Assembly: GCF_009914755.1 (NCBI RefSeq)
Contig: NC_060930.1
Length of the DNA: 64,000 nucleotides
Reading direction: 5' to 3' (one strand)
From: the human T2T-CHM13v2.0 reference genome, Homo sapiens
A model generated the notes under the pieces. That model was given only the letters and a program-made list of their open reading frames with translations. It did not search any database and had not been told where the DNA came from. Shown here one piece after another: positions 22,937-42,945 of the stretch. Made by a program: the position numbers and the translations under genes. Each line of letters begins with the position of its first letter. Positions within the stretch are counted from its first letter, which is position 1.

Positions 22937-23319
22937 TGGTTGGGACAACTAAGTTGCTCTTCAAAGACTCAACTTTCTGGTCATAAGTTGTAAAAGTTGT
23001 AAATCAATCCTACCCCCCGCTCCCCCCCGCCCCACCTCTTCTTTTCACAAATGGTGGGTTTACCCTATTTGGAAAAGTTTAAGTTTTAGCCAGTCAGGAT
23101 CAGCTTAGATTGTGCAGTCCAACCCCAGCCAACAGGGGAAGAACATAGAAACAGGAACTGCGTTAGTATTAAAAACTCCTTCCCGCTTTTGTTCGTTGTG
23201 CTCTTGCGATTGTAACAGGTGCAAGCAGCACTCTTCTGCAGAAGTAAAGGTGTCTTGCTGAGGAATTTTCTGTCTAAGCGTGAGTTTCTTTGGGCTACAA
23301 TGAGCACTTGTTTCCAACG
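22937..23319 (+). repeat. 3' LTR of HERV-I provirus
   Basis: Direct repeat of 14856-15240, preceded by polypurine tract AGAAGAGGGGAAA. Confidence 0.85.
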
Positions 23320-23709
23320 ATAGGGAGGAGGCGGTAAATATCTGCCCTTGCGAGGGTTCCTCTCAGGCCAGGGCCTGATCCACCCGTGGGCAGTGGTAAA
23401 CCCATAGAGGAGCCAGCAGAGCCCCGGAGTCACCCCGTGCCTGCTGTCTTGTGGACCCTACAATTCTCCCATTTCTTTTATACTTTTCTACTCCTTTGAT
23501 TCATCCGAAGTTATTGACTCATTTACTCTCTCTCTCTCTCTGTCTATATACAGGTATGTATCTCATACTTGAAGGACATTTTTTCCCTTTTTTTGTTTTG
23601 TTTTTGAGAAAGGAGAGCCATATCTTTCGATGAGCCAGGTCAACTATTTACTTATTTTTGTTTTGTAATTTGTAAATTTTGTTTTTAATTTAAAGATAGG
23701 CACAAGATT

Positions 23710-24021
<312 letters not shown>

Positions 24022-24300
24022 TCATGTTTCTTATCTTTAGCACACTTCATTAACTCTGTTTCTGCATCTACCATGTGAAATAGTAGTTGTCTTTATTTGC
24101 TTTGTTGACTAGTAGAAATTTGATGGAAGATGAATGGTAAAACCAAAATTATTTTTTTACTACAGTACTTCTCGGTGGTACCTTCTCTTCTCTTTGTGCT
24201 TTACTGCCCCTCCTGCAGCTTTCCAAACCCTGAGAGATTGAGCTCTGCTGACCCAACAGGGTGTCAGCTGTTTGGGTTGCTGGACATTCTCTTGAAGATC

Positions 24301-24857
24301 TATTGGGAAAAAGGCTTATGGGGTACCTGCATAAACTGGCAATAAAAATATGGGAGAGTAAGTTGTGGAAAGCCACAAGAGGCCTCTGAAGAGGAAAGCC
24401 TTCTTATCGCCATTATGTTCCCATGCTCTGAGTGCAACCTGCTCTCTTATCTATAAACACTGTGTTCAAGAAGAAAGACAGTCCTTTGAAGCGTTGGAAT
24501 GTAGACAGACGTGCAGGCTCCTAGTTAAGCCCGCTCCCACTAGCTACTCTCCAATAAGTTAAAGATACGCTGTTTGGGCACAAAGGAGATTCATTTAAAC
24601 CGCTATTGCTATAGATTACGCCTGTAACACACTGCCTCCCTTTCACCATTTCGCCCTAAATGTCTGCTTTTTGGATCTAAGTGATTGTACTCAATAAATA
24701 GTGTGGAGACCAGAGCTGGGCGCCTTTTGCAGCCTCCATTTTGCAATTGGCCCCCTGGCCCCCACTCTTTATACACTCTTAACCTGTCTCTTCTCATTCC
24801 TTTGTCGCCACCGGACTTTAGGTACCCTAAGGGTGGTATTGAGGCTGGTCCGCAACA
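24301..24857 (+). repeat. 5' LTR (LTR14C-like)
   Basis: TATTGGGAAAAAGGC...GGCTGGTCCGCAACA; AATAAA at about 24693; repeat of 32508-33065. Confidence 0.85.
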
Positions 24858-24860
24858 TTC

Positions 24861-24878
24861 TGGTGCCCAACGTGGGGC
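24861..24878 (+). other. Primer binding site, tRNA-Lys(CTT) type
   Basis: TGGTGCCCAACGTGGGGC, 17/18 to TGGCGCCCAACGTGGGGC. Confidence 0.9.
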
Positions 24879-25007
24879 TCGAAAGAATCTGATGAAGGAA
24901 TGCTCGAGCGTGTGAAACGGAGGGCTGATGGACGAAGGACTCCCGAGGACGAAAAAGTTTTTAAGCTCTGCAGGTAAGCAGGGCACTTGGAGAAAGCCAG
25001 GGACACA

Positions 25008-25625
25008 ATGGGGAAAACTGAAAGTAAGTACACCACGTATTGAGCTTGCTAGGGCGGCTGTTGAAGCGTGATGGCGTAAAAGTTGGTACAAAAAATCGTA
25101 TGAATTAATTTCATGCTGTAGAACAATTTTGCCCTTGGTTCCCTGAACAGGGAACTTTGAAATTAAGAGATTGGGAAAGAGTTGGAAAGGACCTTTAAAA
25201 AGCACGTAGAGAAGGAAAGGAAATTCGTTTGCCTGTTTGGTCAGTTTGGTCATTGGTGCGTGCCGCACTGGAGCCATTTGAGACAAATGATGAGGCTGAG
25301 TCAGAGGAGGAGAAGGAGGAGTTTGATAATCAGGACTCTGAAACGCCTCTACCGAGTACTAGCCAAAAGGAGAGTCCGGAAGTAATTTATGCCAATCCCC
25401 CCAGTCTTCCTAAACCTATTCAGAAACTCATTCAGCTCAGGGTTCCTCAAGAGGAATGTCCGGAATGGCCACCTCCTCCTCAGCCGAGTGAGTGCAGGCG
25501 GAGGGAGCCTGAGACTCCGCTGCCGAGACTCGGCTGGCCGCGCTCATTATTGCCCGACCCGCAGTTCATTATGGAGAGGGGGTAATTCAGGTTCGCCCTG
25601 CAGTTCATTACAGTGAAGGAGCAAT
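25008..25625 (+). pseudogene. gag: HERV-K gag 5' part (MA region), fused by deletion directly to RT
   Basis: MGKTESKY..., EQFCPWFPEQGTL, PVWSVWSLVRAALEPF; splice donor CAGGTAAG at 24971. Confidence 0.8.
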
Positions 25626-27500
<1,875 letters not shown>

Positions 27501-27601
27501 AAAAAAATAAAAGAAAAAAGTAAAGAAAAAAGACTAAAAGAGACAAAAATCAAAACAAGATGCAAAAAAAAAAAAAAAAGACTGTGAAAAAAACGAAGTA
27601 G

Positions 27602-29004
<1,403 letters not shown>

Positions 29005-29498
29005 CACGAGTTTTTCTTAAAACACTAACCTGCTCTTTAAAGATTGTAAAAAGTCTCTTAGCGCAGGCACCACCCCTAAAATTTCTAGTATCAGCCTAAA
29101 GACTATGTCCTCATCAAAGGATGAAAAGAAGAAAAAAAAATTCAAGCAAGCCTAAAAAAGACTCTACAGAAATTGCAGCCTCAACAATGTGACTTCCACA
29201 AACAACACAGGCCCCAGACATTACGCTGAAAAAACAGAAGACTAAGCCAAATAATTTATTCGTTTTTAATTATCTCATTTTGCCTACTACCTATACCTGC
29301 TACACTCTATTAAGCTCATATCTTAAATCTGCCTTTCTTCTGCCCTGTTACTTTAAAAAACACCCCCTTCTCAGCTTCTAATAACATAACTGCTTGGCTA
29401 AAATAAATTAACATACCCCGAGTGGGGTTCCTCATTAATAACATATAGTGAACTAAGATGCCAAGTAACACTACAGGTCACTTTTTGACCGGAAAAAA

Positions 29499-32400
29499 AT
29501 GTTGCTAATTATACTCAGGTTTGTCTTCTGTTATTTACTAATGCTAGGATGCAAAGCTGAAATAAGAGCAGTGAACTCCTCACCTGAAAAACCTGTGGCT
29601 ACAACAGACCGAAATTATACCTATTGGGCAGATGTCCCATTTCCATCTTTAATTAGGCCTGTCACTTGGTTGGAACCCCCGGTTGAGGTTTATGTTAATG
29701 ATAGTGTTTGGATACCTAAGCCTACAGATACTCATAGGCCCTCTCACACAAAAGAGAAAAAAATGTTAATAAATGTGTCCATAGGTTATTAGTTCCCCCC
29801 TCTTTGCCTAGGGCTGGCTATCAGTTGCCTAAAAGGCTACTGACAACATTGGCTAGTTAAAATTCCAGGTCATAATCAAAGACCAGTATCCTATCATTTA
29901 TTGTCTGGATAGAGCCTGGATCATTCACAGAGTTTGGTTCAATTGAAACAGTTTAAGCCCAAAAAAAAGAGGTGTCAACAACCTCCACAATGGTCAAAAG
30001 ATTTAGAAATATTAATTTAAAAGAATTGCAATTATTTAAAATAATTCCTATGCAATCGTCGTTAGTTGGTCCCCTAAGGGGACCTTTACAGTTAATTGTA
30101 CCAATCAAAATAATAGATGCAAAACAAAACTAAAACAAATTCTATACTGTCAAAGAAACGACACTACTTACACTAAAAATCATGCTCATTTTCCCATAAT
30201 TTGGACCAATTTTAGTATGGCTGGCCCACATCCAAAAATGATTAATCCAGTAATAGGCCCTAAACATCCCAAATTATAAAAGTTAATAATGGCCCAATCT
30301 CATATTCAGGTTTAAAAAGAAAAATATTAACTTGATAGAGAAGGTAAGAGACTTCAATTTGTGTATCAGTTTTCTTCCAACCGAACAGTGCCCATTCAGA
30401 GTTGTGTCAAGCCTCCTTTTATGTTGATGATCAAAAATATTAATATTCAACCTACTTCTCAAACTATTATTTCTCAAAACTGTCACCTTTTCACCTGTGT
30501 TGATTCCACATTTGGTGTGAAGCCATCTGTGTTGCTGATGAGGGCTATAGAAGAAGTTTGGTTACCGGTTTCCCTCAATAGACGTTAGGAAGCCTCTCCT
30601 TCCATTCATATTGTCACAAAAATGTTGAGGAGTGTTTACCAAAACAAAAAGATTTATTTTTACCCTTATAGCAGTAATTATGGGCCTTATTGCAGCCACA
30701 GCTACTGCTGCGGCTGGTGAAATTGCTTTACACTCCTCTGTTCAAACTACAAAATATATAAATAATTGACAAAAAAATTCCTCAAAATAGTGGAATTCTC
30801 AGACCTGGATAGACCAACAATTGACAAATCAAATAAATGATCTTAGACAGACTGTTATTTAGATGGAAGATCATATAATGAGCTTAGAGCATCGATTACA
30901 AATACAATGTGATTAAAATACTTCTAATTTCTACATAACTCCCTGTTCGTATAATACTACTAAACATCATTTAAAAAAAGTTAGACGTCATCTAGAAAAA
31001 AAGAAATAAAAGTTTAACATTAGATTGTAGGGTCCAGCCCTACAGGGCCTGTGGGTTTTTTCTTCATGTGCGGAGATGAGAGATCATAGAAAAATAAAGA
31101 CACGAGACAAAGAGATAGAATAAAAGACAGCTGGGCCCAGGGGACCACTACCCCCAACGAGCAGAGTGTGGAAGTGGCCCCGAACACAGCGAGAGAGAAA
31201 TCCTCATTGGGTGCCAGATGTAGGGTCCAGTCCTACAGGGCCTGTGGGTTTTCTCTTCGTGTGCAGAGATGAGAGATAGTAGAAAAATAAAGACACGAGA
31301 CAAAGAGATAGAAGAAAAGACAGCTGGGCCCAGGGGACCACTACCACTGATGCACAGAGTCCATTAGTGGCCCCAAATGCCTGGACGCACTGCTATTTAT
31401 TGTATACAAGACAAGGGGGCAGGGTAAGGAGTGTGAGTCATCTCAAATGATTGATAAGGTCAAGCAAGTCACGTGTCCATGTGACAGGGGGCCTTTCCCT
31501 TTGTGGTAGCCAAAGCAGAGAGGGAGGACAGCATACATCAGCATTTCTTCTATGCACTTATCAGAGATTGATCAAAGACTTTAATACTTTCACTAATTCT
31601 GCTACTGCTATCTTCTAAGAACTTAAAAGGAGGAGCCAGGTGTACAGGCAGAACATGAAAGTGGACAAGGAGTGTGACCTTTGAAGCACAGCACCCCAGG
31701 GAGACGGCTAAGCCTCCGGATGACTGTGGGCAGGCCTGGCTAATGTCAGGCCTCCAACAAGAGCTGGTGGAGCAGAGTGTTCTCTAACTCCCCCAAGGAA
31801 AGAGAGATTCCCTTTCCCAGTCTGCTAAGTAACAGGTGCCTTCCAAGGCACTGACACTACTGCTAGACCAAGGTCTGCTAAGTAACGGGTGCCTTCCCAG
31901 GCACTGGCACTACTGCTAGACCAAGGAGCCCTCAAGCGGCCCTTATCTGGGCGTGACAGAGGGCTCACACTCTCGTCTTCTGGTCACTTCTCACAATGTC
32001 CCTTCAGCTCCTAACTCTGTACGGCCTGGTTTTTCTTTGGTAATAATAATAATACAAAGATTAATACTAAAAACTAATGATTAATAATATCCATTATAAT
32101 CACCTCTGTATTCTATTTCTAATATAACTTTTTCTTATCATAATTATTTTCTTTATTATACTGGAAGAGGTTGTGCCTTCAGTCTCTTGCCTCAGCACCT
32201 GGGTGGCTTTCTGCCCACATTAGATAAGGCCAAATTAAAAGACCAGGTTTTTAAAGCATCTCAGGCTCATTTAACTCTCCTGCCTGGGACTGACATTCTC
32301 ACTGAAGCTACTGATGGACTTTCAGACATAAACCCTCTTAAATGGATTAAGACCATTAGAGGATCAACTATTGCAAATTTTGCTTTAATGTGTATCTGTT

Positions 32401-32500
32401 TATACTGTTTGCTTTTAGTCTACAAATACAGAAGACACCTCTAGAGAGAGACCAGACACCACGAACAAGCCTTAATAACAATGGTGGTTTTTAAAAAAAG
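29499..32500 (+). pseudogene. env: HERV-K (HML-type) env, disrupted and interrupted by an LTR13 element
   Basis: NYTYWADVPFP.LIRPVTW..PVEVYVNDSVW; cleavage site then [14 protein letters not shown] (about 30641-30700); TM LANQINDLRQTV-like, QCD*NTS, KLKDQVFKASQAHL, NPLKWIKTI. Confidence 0.85.
31026..32219 (-). mobile_element. LTR13-like (HML-4) element nested in env: full LTR + PBS remnant + extra U5
   Basis: Minus strand starts TGTGGGCAGAAAGCCACCCAGGTGCTGAGGCAAGAGAC and ends CCCTACA twice (31219, 31026); 6-bp TSD TTAGAT (31020-31025, 32220-32225). Confidence 0.85.
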
Positions 32501-32507
32501 TGGGGCA

Positions 32508-33065
32508 TATTGGGAAAAAGGCTTGTGGGGTGCCTGCATAAGCTGGCCATAAAAATATGAGACAATAAGTTGTGGAAAGCCACAAGAGGCCTCTGAAGAG
32601 GAAAGCCTTCTTATCGCCATTATGTTCCCATGCTCTGAGTGCAACCTGCTCTCTTATCTATAAACACTGTGTTCAAGAAGAAAGACACTCCTTTGAAGCA
32701 TTGGAATGTAGACAGACGTGCAGGCTCCTAGTTAAGCCCGCTCCCACTAGCTACACTCCGATAAGTTATAGATACGATGTTTGGGCACAAAGGAGATTCA
32801 TTTAAACCGCTATTGCTATAGATTATGCCTATAACACACTGCCTCCCTTTCACCGTTTTGCCCTAAACGTCTGCTTCTTAGATGTAAGTGATTGTACTCA
32901 ATAAATAGTGTGGAGACTGGAGCTTGGTGCCTTTTGCAGCCTCCATTTTGCAATTGGCCCCCTGGCCCCCACTCTTTATACACTTTAAACCTGTCTCTTC
33001 TCATTCCTTCGTCGCCACAAAGACTTTAACTACCCTATGGGTGGTGTTGAGGCTGGTCCCCAACA
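32508..33065 (+). repeat. 3' LTR (LTR14C-like)
   Basis: Direct repeat of 24301-24857 after PPT AAAAAAAGTGGGG. Confidence 0.85.
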
Positions 33066-34091
33066 AAGATCTCTCTCCACTTAGAAAGCTTTGGAGGGGC
33101 TTCTCTCAGCTCTCCAGTCCTGGTACTTGGCAGCAGAAATACAAAGTGCGCTAGATTGATTTCTCTTAGTTTTGTGGCTGTGCTCACCAACTTCAAAAGA
33201 CTTTGCACCTGAGGATGCCTCAGTGGATATTCCTCTCCACTTTCCAGCCTGCCCATTCACCTTCTTTTGGGATGCTCTCCTCTAGCAGAGACAACTGGCA
33301 GTGGTTTTTTGGCTACTTGGAATTCTGTGCTTGGGTCAAGTAGGCCCACAGGCAAATCTTAAAAATCTTTTGGAGTTTTGATGGCTTTTTCCCTCATTTA
33401 GTATTCAAGGGTTTCTCTTCCTCTGCTTGTCTGCCCATCTGCCAGGAACAAGGGCAGCTAGAAACCTCTTTTCTCATATGAAGACCTCTTTCTAGGTGGA
33501 ATTTGATTAGATTCCTTTGTATCAATTCCCTGGTGGGTTCAGAAAATCTACTATTTTGTAGCTTATGCTCTTGCTTTAGTTATTAAATAGAGAGAAACAG
33601 ACTCTTGCAATTTTCTACAACTTAACCAGAAATGGAATTCAGTGGGGTGTATTTTTAAATACATTTCCTGATTTCTGTGCCAAAATGCCTTTTGTCATGT
33701 CTTGAAACTATTTCCTTTAAGATACATAGCAACAGCCTAGCCACTCTCACTTAGAAAACTAACCGTTTGAGGGTCCACTTCATGCCAGGTGCTTTGCATG
33801 TTGTTTTAGGTAAACTTTAAATCACACCTCATTGATCCAATGGATATTGAGATAGCCATTATTGTTCTTATATTTAAGTTATGCAAAGTCACAAATAATG
33901 TCAACATGATGACACAAAAACATCAAGAAGTGAAACGGCTAACTACCTACAAGTGCATTCCTAAGCTTTACTTAGACTTCTAGATGAATCTGCTGGTCAC
34001 ATGAAGAGTGACAGGATGTCACATAAGCATTTGTTTACATTTCAGAAAGTTACCTTTAATAGTGTCCATTGATTACACAGATGTTTACTGA

Positions 34092-34526
<435 letters not shown>

Positions 34527-34875
34527 TAAGTATCCAGATGGTCTTCTCCACCTAGGGAGTATCTTTATTTTACCTTATGAAAGATCTTCTTGGCCGGGCG
34601 CTGTGGCTCACAACTGTAATCTCAGCACTTTGGGAGGCCACCACGGACAGATCACTTCAGGTCAGGAGTTCAAGACCAACCTGACCAACATGGTGAAACC
34701 CCTTCTCTTCTAAAAATACAAAAATTAGCCAGGTGTGATGTGCCACGCCTGTAGTTCCAGCTACTGGAGAGGCTGAGGTGGGAGAATCGCTCAAACCCAG
34801 AAGGCAGGTGGAGGTTGCAGTGAGCAGAGATCACACCACTTCACTCCAGCCTGGACAACAGATTGACACTCCGTC

Positions 34876-34906
<31 letters not shown>

Positions 34907-34997
34907 CAGGTGCAGTGGCTTATGCCTGTAATCCCAACACTTTGGGAGGCCGAGGTGGGCAGATCACGAGGTCAGGAGATCAGGACCATCCTGGCTA

Positions 34998-35494
<497 letters not shown>

Positions 35495-35997
35495 TCAAAA
35501 AAAAAAAAAAAAAAAAAGAAAAAGAAAAAAGAAACGTCTCATCATATGTTTTCCCCATTCTCTAGTTGGTTCATATGTTTTATTACTGTTGAGCTCTGAC
35601 AAGTGCTTTATACAGTATATTCTAGATACTAGTCTTTTACTGAATATGTTGTTTGCAAATATTTTCTCCTATCTGTAGCATGTCCTTTCTTACTATTATT
35701 AGACTCTCCAGCAGAGCAAAATGTTTTTTATTTTGATGGAATCTCATTTGTAAGTTTTTCTTTTTATGGGTCATGTTCTTGGTATCAAATCTAAGAACTC
35801 TGCCTAGCTCTAGATCCTGAAGATTTTCTCCCATGGTTTCTTCTCCTTTTTTTTTTTTTTTTGTAAAATTTTTCTTGTATTTACATTTTACATTTAAGTA
35901 TGTGATGCATTTTTATGTATTATTTGTATAAAAAGATTTCAGTCAGATTTATTTTATACTTATTTATTTATTATTTATTATTTATTTATTTATTTGA

Positions 35998-36102
<105 letters not shown>

Positions 36103-36145
36103 TGAGTAACTGGGATTACAGGTGTGCAACACCACACGCAGCTAA

Positions 36146-36310
<165 letters not shown>

Positions 36311-36327
36311 TGATACAATAAGTACAA

Positions 36328-37105
<778 letters not shown>

Positions 37106-37311
37106 TTTGCTATAGAGTTTTTATAAAGATGCTGTTTATCAAATTGAGGAAGTTCATGTATTCCTATATTTTTGAGAATTTTTCTTTTAATTAAGAATTG
37201 GTATTGAATTTTTCTCCTCATCAATTAATATAATAATGTGATTTTCTTCCTTTGGTGTGACTATGGTACATTAATTACGTTGACTAATTTTCAAATGTTG
37301 AACAACCCTAG

Positions 37312-37443
<132 letters not shown>

Positions 37444-37654
37444 TAGCTGGAATTACAGGCACATGCCACCATGCCCGGCTAATGTTTTGCATTTTTAGTA
37501 GAAACAGGGTTTCCCAGCGTGGGCCAGGCTGGTCATAGAACTCCTGACCTCAAGTTATACTCCTGCCTTGGCCTCCCAGACCTCTGAAAGTGCTGGGATT
37601 ACAAGTGTGAGCAACAACGCCTGGCCATGAACCACCCCTGCATTCTACTTGGTG

Positions 37655-38350
<696 letters not shown>

Positions 38351-38399
38351 AGTCATAGTGTATAATTCTTTTTCTCTATTACTGTATTCTATTTGATAA

Positions 38400-38722
<323 letters not shown>

Positions 38723-39398
38723 TGATCCGGCCGCCTCGGCCTCCCAAAGTGCTCGGATTACAGGCGTGACCCACCGCGCCTGGCCTATTTTTATTTTTTT
38801 GAGACAGAGTTTCGCTCGTGTTGCCCAGGCTGGAGTGCAATGGAAAGATCTCGGCTTGCTGCAACCTCCATTTCCTGGGTTCAAGCGATTCTCCTGCTCA
38901 GCCTCCCGAGGAGCTGGGATTAAAGGTGTCTGCCACCATGCCCAGCTAATTTTTGTATATTTAGCAGAGACGGGGTTTATCCATGTTGGCCAGGCTGGTC
39001 TCGAACTCCTAACCGCAGGTTATCAGCCCGCCTCGCCCTCCCAGAGTGCTGGCATTACAGGCGCGAGCCACCTAGCCTGGCCTTAAACAAGTTCTTATAA
39101 AAAGAGAGAGGAAAAGTCTCAGGATTCATACTCTTGGGATGTAAATAAATGTCTCCAGAGTGGAAGATAAGATAAGCATCTCCGTGTTTATAAGCCTTAA
39201 AATGTCTCCATGGTTCCAGGAGAGAGAAATTGTATTATCCTTCAAATGAGATAACACTTTTGAAATGTGAGAAGCAAATTGGTCTAGGGAAACCAGAACA
39301 TTCACTAATGTGTCAATTTCCCTTGCCCAGAAAGCCAAACCATGCAGAACATGAAAATATTCACTTCCTGACAACACCTTTCAAAAAGAGAGATTTAA

Positions 39399-39687
<289 letters not shown>

Positions 39688-40124
39688 TAAACTCCTGAGC
39701 TCAAACGATCTGCCGGCCTCGACTTCCAAAGCATGCTGGGATTATAGGTGTAAGCCACCATGCCCAGCCTTGAGGACATATTTTCAAATGTATTTTACAT
39801 TTTACATTTGCCCAGTTTTCCAATTTTTAGGCAAAACATTTATCAAACAAAAGATGGCATCTTAAGCAGTTTTTTCTTTCTTATTTTATTGGTCCTTAAG
39901 GCTGATTACTCCTTTTGTGAGCTATTTCTGAAGACAGTTATTTGTCAGAAGACTGTGGGGATTTTTCTCTTATACTTATTCATTTATACAATCCAGAAAT
40001 TAGCAGGATCAAAACTAGTGGAAACACATAGACACTTACAGCTTTTTATTTTAAGGTCAAAGTACTTACAACATTTTAATTTTAATTTTAATTTTTTGGG
40101 ATGGAGTCTCACTCTGTTGCCTAG

Positions 40125-40310
<186 letters not shown>

Positions 40311-40539
40311 TGACCTCAGGTGATCCTGACCTCAGCCTCCCAAATTGCTGGGATTACAGGCGTAAGCCACCGTGCCCGGCCTTAAAACATTTTTAATAAG
40401 CCCACAGAGTCATTTAGCAAAGGAAGCCCACTCTTCCTTCATCCTGCAAAGTTAGTATACAGCTGCCAGAAAGAAAGACGGCTAAACTTCATCCTCTGCA
40501 AGCTATCTGTTTTTTAAACATTATCCTTATGGCCTAAGC

Positions 40540-41012
40540 AAGGGAGAAAAACATCTTTTCTCACCAAGTTCATGGCTGAGGCCTCTATAACAAAATACAG
40601 ATTAAACAAGAGAAAAGCATACAAGTGTATTTAACATAAGCTTTGTGTGATATGAGAGACTAGAAATGAAGACCTAAAGAAACAGGGAAACATTTGTAGT
40701 TTTATGATAGGTTGATGAAGAGAAGATAGTTATGCAGAAGTATAATTGTACAAAGAGGGTGTGATGTAAGGATAATAAACTGGGGGAATTTAGCAAGGCT
40801 TACTTGTTCAGGTTCTTCTGTGTGTCCCTGTGTCTTCAGAGAAAAACATGTTCCTTTCCTCCAGTTATAGGAAGGGCACCTCTGGAATGAAGATCTCCTG
40901 ACCTGCTTTAGGGGAGAAGGGCTACGGAAAAGTGAGAGTGACCTACTTGCTTCTGTGGTTTTGTCAAATGTCAAGATGTCATATCTCGGGGTAGCATGTT
41001 CTGAACCCCATC
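40540..41012 (-). mobile_element. ERV1-class solo LTR-like element, family unresolved
   Basis: CAGATTAAACAAGAGAAAAGCATACAAG...GGGGTAGCATGTTCTGAACCCCATCA resembles recalled MER4-group LTRs. Confidence 0.5.
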
Positions 41013-41710
41013 ATCTGAATTATCTTATTTAGTTATTTACTTGGTGGTTGCAAGAAAGCTCCCCAAAACAGGAACTCTGTTTTATTCATAACTATATTTC
41101 CAGAGCTTTTTGCCACAAATTCCTATGTAGTGTTTGCATTTCTGATCACTTGCTTGAATTACCTCTACTATTGTTTATTCCAGAACTACTCCTTTGGCTT
41201 CTGCAATATCAGTTGTCCTGACTTTCTTTCTATTCCTCTGATACTTGTCATAGTCTTCTTCATAGGACCCTCTTCTCATAAAATTGCAGGATCGAAACTC
41301 TTTTTCTTTTTTTTTTTTTTTTTGAGACAGCGTCTTGCTCTGTCACCCAGGCTAAAGAGTGTAGTGGTGTGATCTCGGCTCATTGCAACCTCTGCCCCTC
41401 AGGTTCATGCGATTCTCCTGCCTCAGCATCCTGAGTAGCTAGGATTACAGGCACGCACCATGACGCTTGGCTGATTTTTTGTATTTTTAGTAGAGACAGA
41501 GTTTCACCATGTTGGTCAGGCTGGTCTCCAACTCCTGGCCTCAGGTAATCCACCCACCTGGGCCTCCCAAAGTGCTGGGATTACAGGCGTGAGCCAAGGC
41601 ACCCGGCTGAAACTTCTTTTAAACCACTTAGATTGGAATGCTGCTGTTGAAATTGAATTGGGTGATCTTTACTATCTCTTGAAGAGCTACTTTTAAAAAA
41701 TAGTAACAGT

Positions 41711-42270
41711 TGTATTAATCAGGGTTCTCCAGAGAAACAGAACCAATAGGAGGTGTGTATATACAGAAAGATATTTATTTTAAGGCATAGGTTCACACAA
41801 CTGTGGAGGTTGACAAAGATTATTTGTTTGGTCAAACTTTAGTCAGGCTCCTGAACTGTCTCCAGGGCCCATCTGTGTTCTTCCTTGTAAAACCAGTTTT
41901 AGCAAGAACCCTGATAAATCAGTTTAACAACAATCCCCTACCCTTGATATCTGCTCCCCCTCCATAGCTGATCAGGTTCCTCATCCTCCACCATCCCCCA
42001 GGTAAGGTCTGATGGCCCTGGCCTGTCTTCAGCAAGAATCCTGTTAGGTCTGTTCAGCCAGAATCCCCTTACCCCTGATGCTTTCTCTTAGTAATTTTCC
42101 ATCCACTGACCACCCACCACCCCGATCCTTGGCTATAAATTCCCACTTGTCCATGCAGTATTCAGAGTTGAGCCCAATCTCTTCTCTACTGCAAGACTCC
42201 TTTGTGGACCCTATTACCTACCATGGTGGTCCTGAATAAAGTCTCTCTTACCATGATTTAATAAGTGTCC
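41711..42270. mobile_element. MLT2 end fragment (41711-41810, minus) followed by MER31-like LTR (41811-42270, plus)
   Basis: TGTATTAATCAGGGTTCTCCAGAGAAACAGAACCAATAGG; TGACAAAGAT..CAAACTTTAGTCAGGCTCC..GGCTATAAATTCCC..CTGAATAAAGTC. Confidence 0.6.
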
Positions 42271-42872
42271 TTAACCGAAGAGCCTCAGATCGCAGCCCGC
42301 TGCCACCTGCGTCCTGGGCTAAGAGGCAGCATCAAGGATAAGGGGCATTCCGGCTAAACAGACTTAACAGGATTCTTGTTACCTGCCCGAGGTCCTTGTC
42401 AGTTCTTAAGGACAGGTGCTTTGCATTATCCTCCAGCACTCTCCCACCCACTGCAACATTCCCCTCTCACCATGCAGGTGGTAAGTAAATTTTGGTTGAA
42501 AATATTTATCCAGCAAGAGATAAATTGCCCGGCTAATGTCACTGCCGGACGCCCGGGTAGTCGCCACTTGGTTTAAAGGCGGAGCTGTTCTTGCATTTCA
42601 AAGAAATCCAGATTCCGAAAGTAAGTAACAACCATGCCCGTGGCCCGGTTCCTTTCTCTTACACTCTTCCAAGGACCCCTTTTAGACCTAGAGGAAACCC
42701 CGCAGAAGTGACAGGGAGAGGGGGAAAGCTCTTTTACAGTGGCGAAACCACGTGGCTGCGAGAGCTTCTCAGGGAGAGCTCCTGTTTTCAAAGTCTGGCA
42801 AATTTATCAGTTTGATTTTTCTTAAACATTTATATTTTTATGGAGTAGAAAATCTACCAAACGAGTAAAGAA

Positions 42873-42945
42873 TGTTTCCGCCTGGTTTCAAACCGGGGAC
42901 CTTTCGCGTGTGAGGCGAACGTGATAACCACTCCACTACGGAAAC
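42873..42945 (-). tRNA. TRV-CAC: tRNA-Val (anticodon CAC), variant isodecoder
   Basis: Reverse complement GTTTCCGTAGTGGAGTGGTTATCACGTTCGCCTCACACGCGAAAGGTCCCCGGTTTGAAACCAGGCGGAAACA; three changes from the common Val-CAC sequence. Confidence 0.93.

Noticed and set aside
24609-25286. 225-aa minus-strand ORF
   Set aside because: Antisense to the LTR/leader/gag with no recognisable domain; no evidence beyond chance openness.
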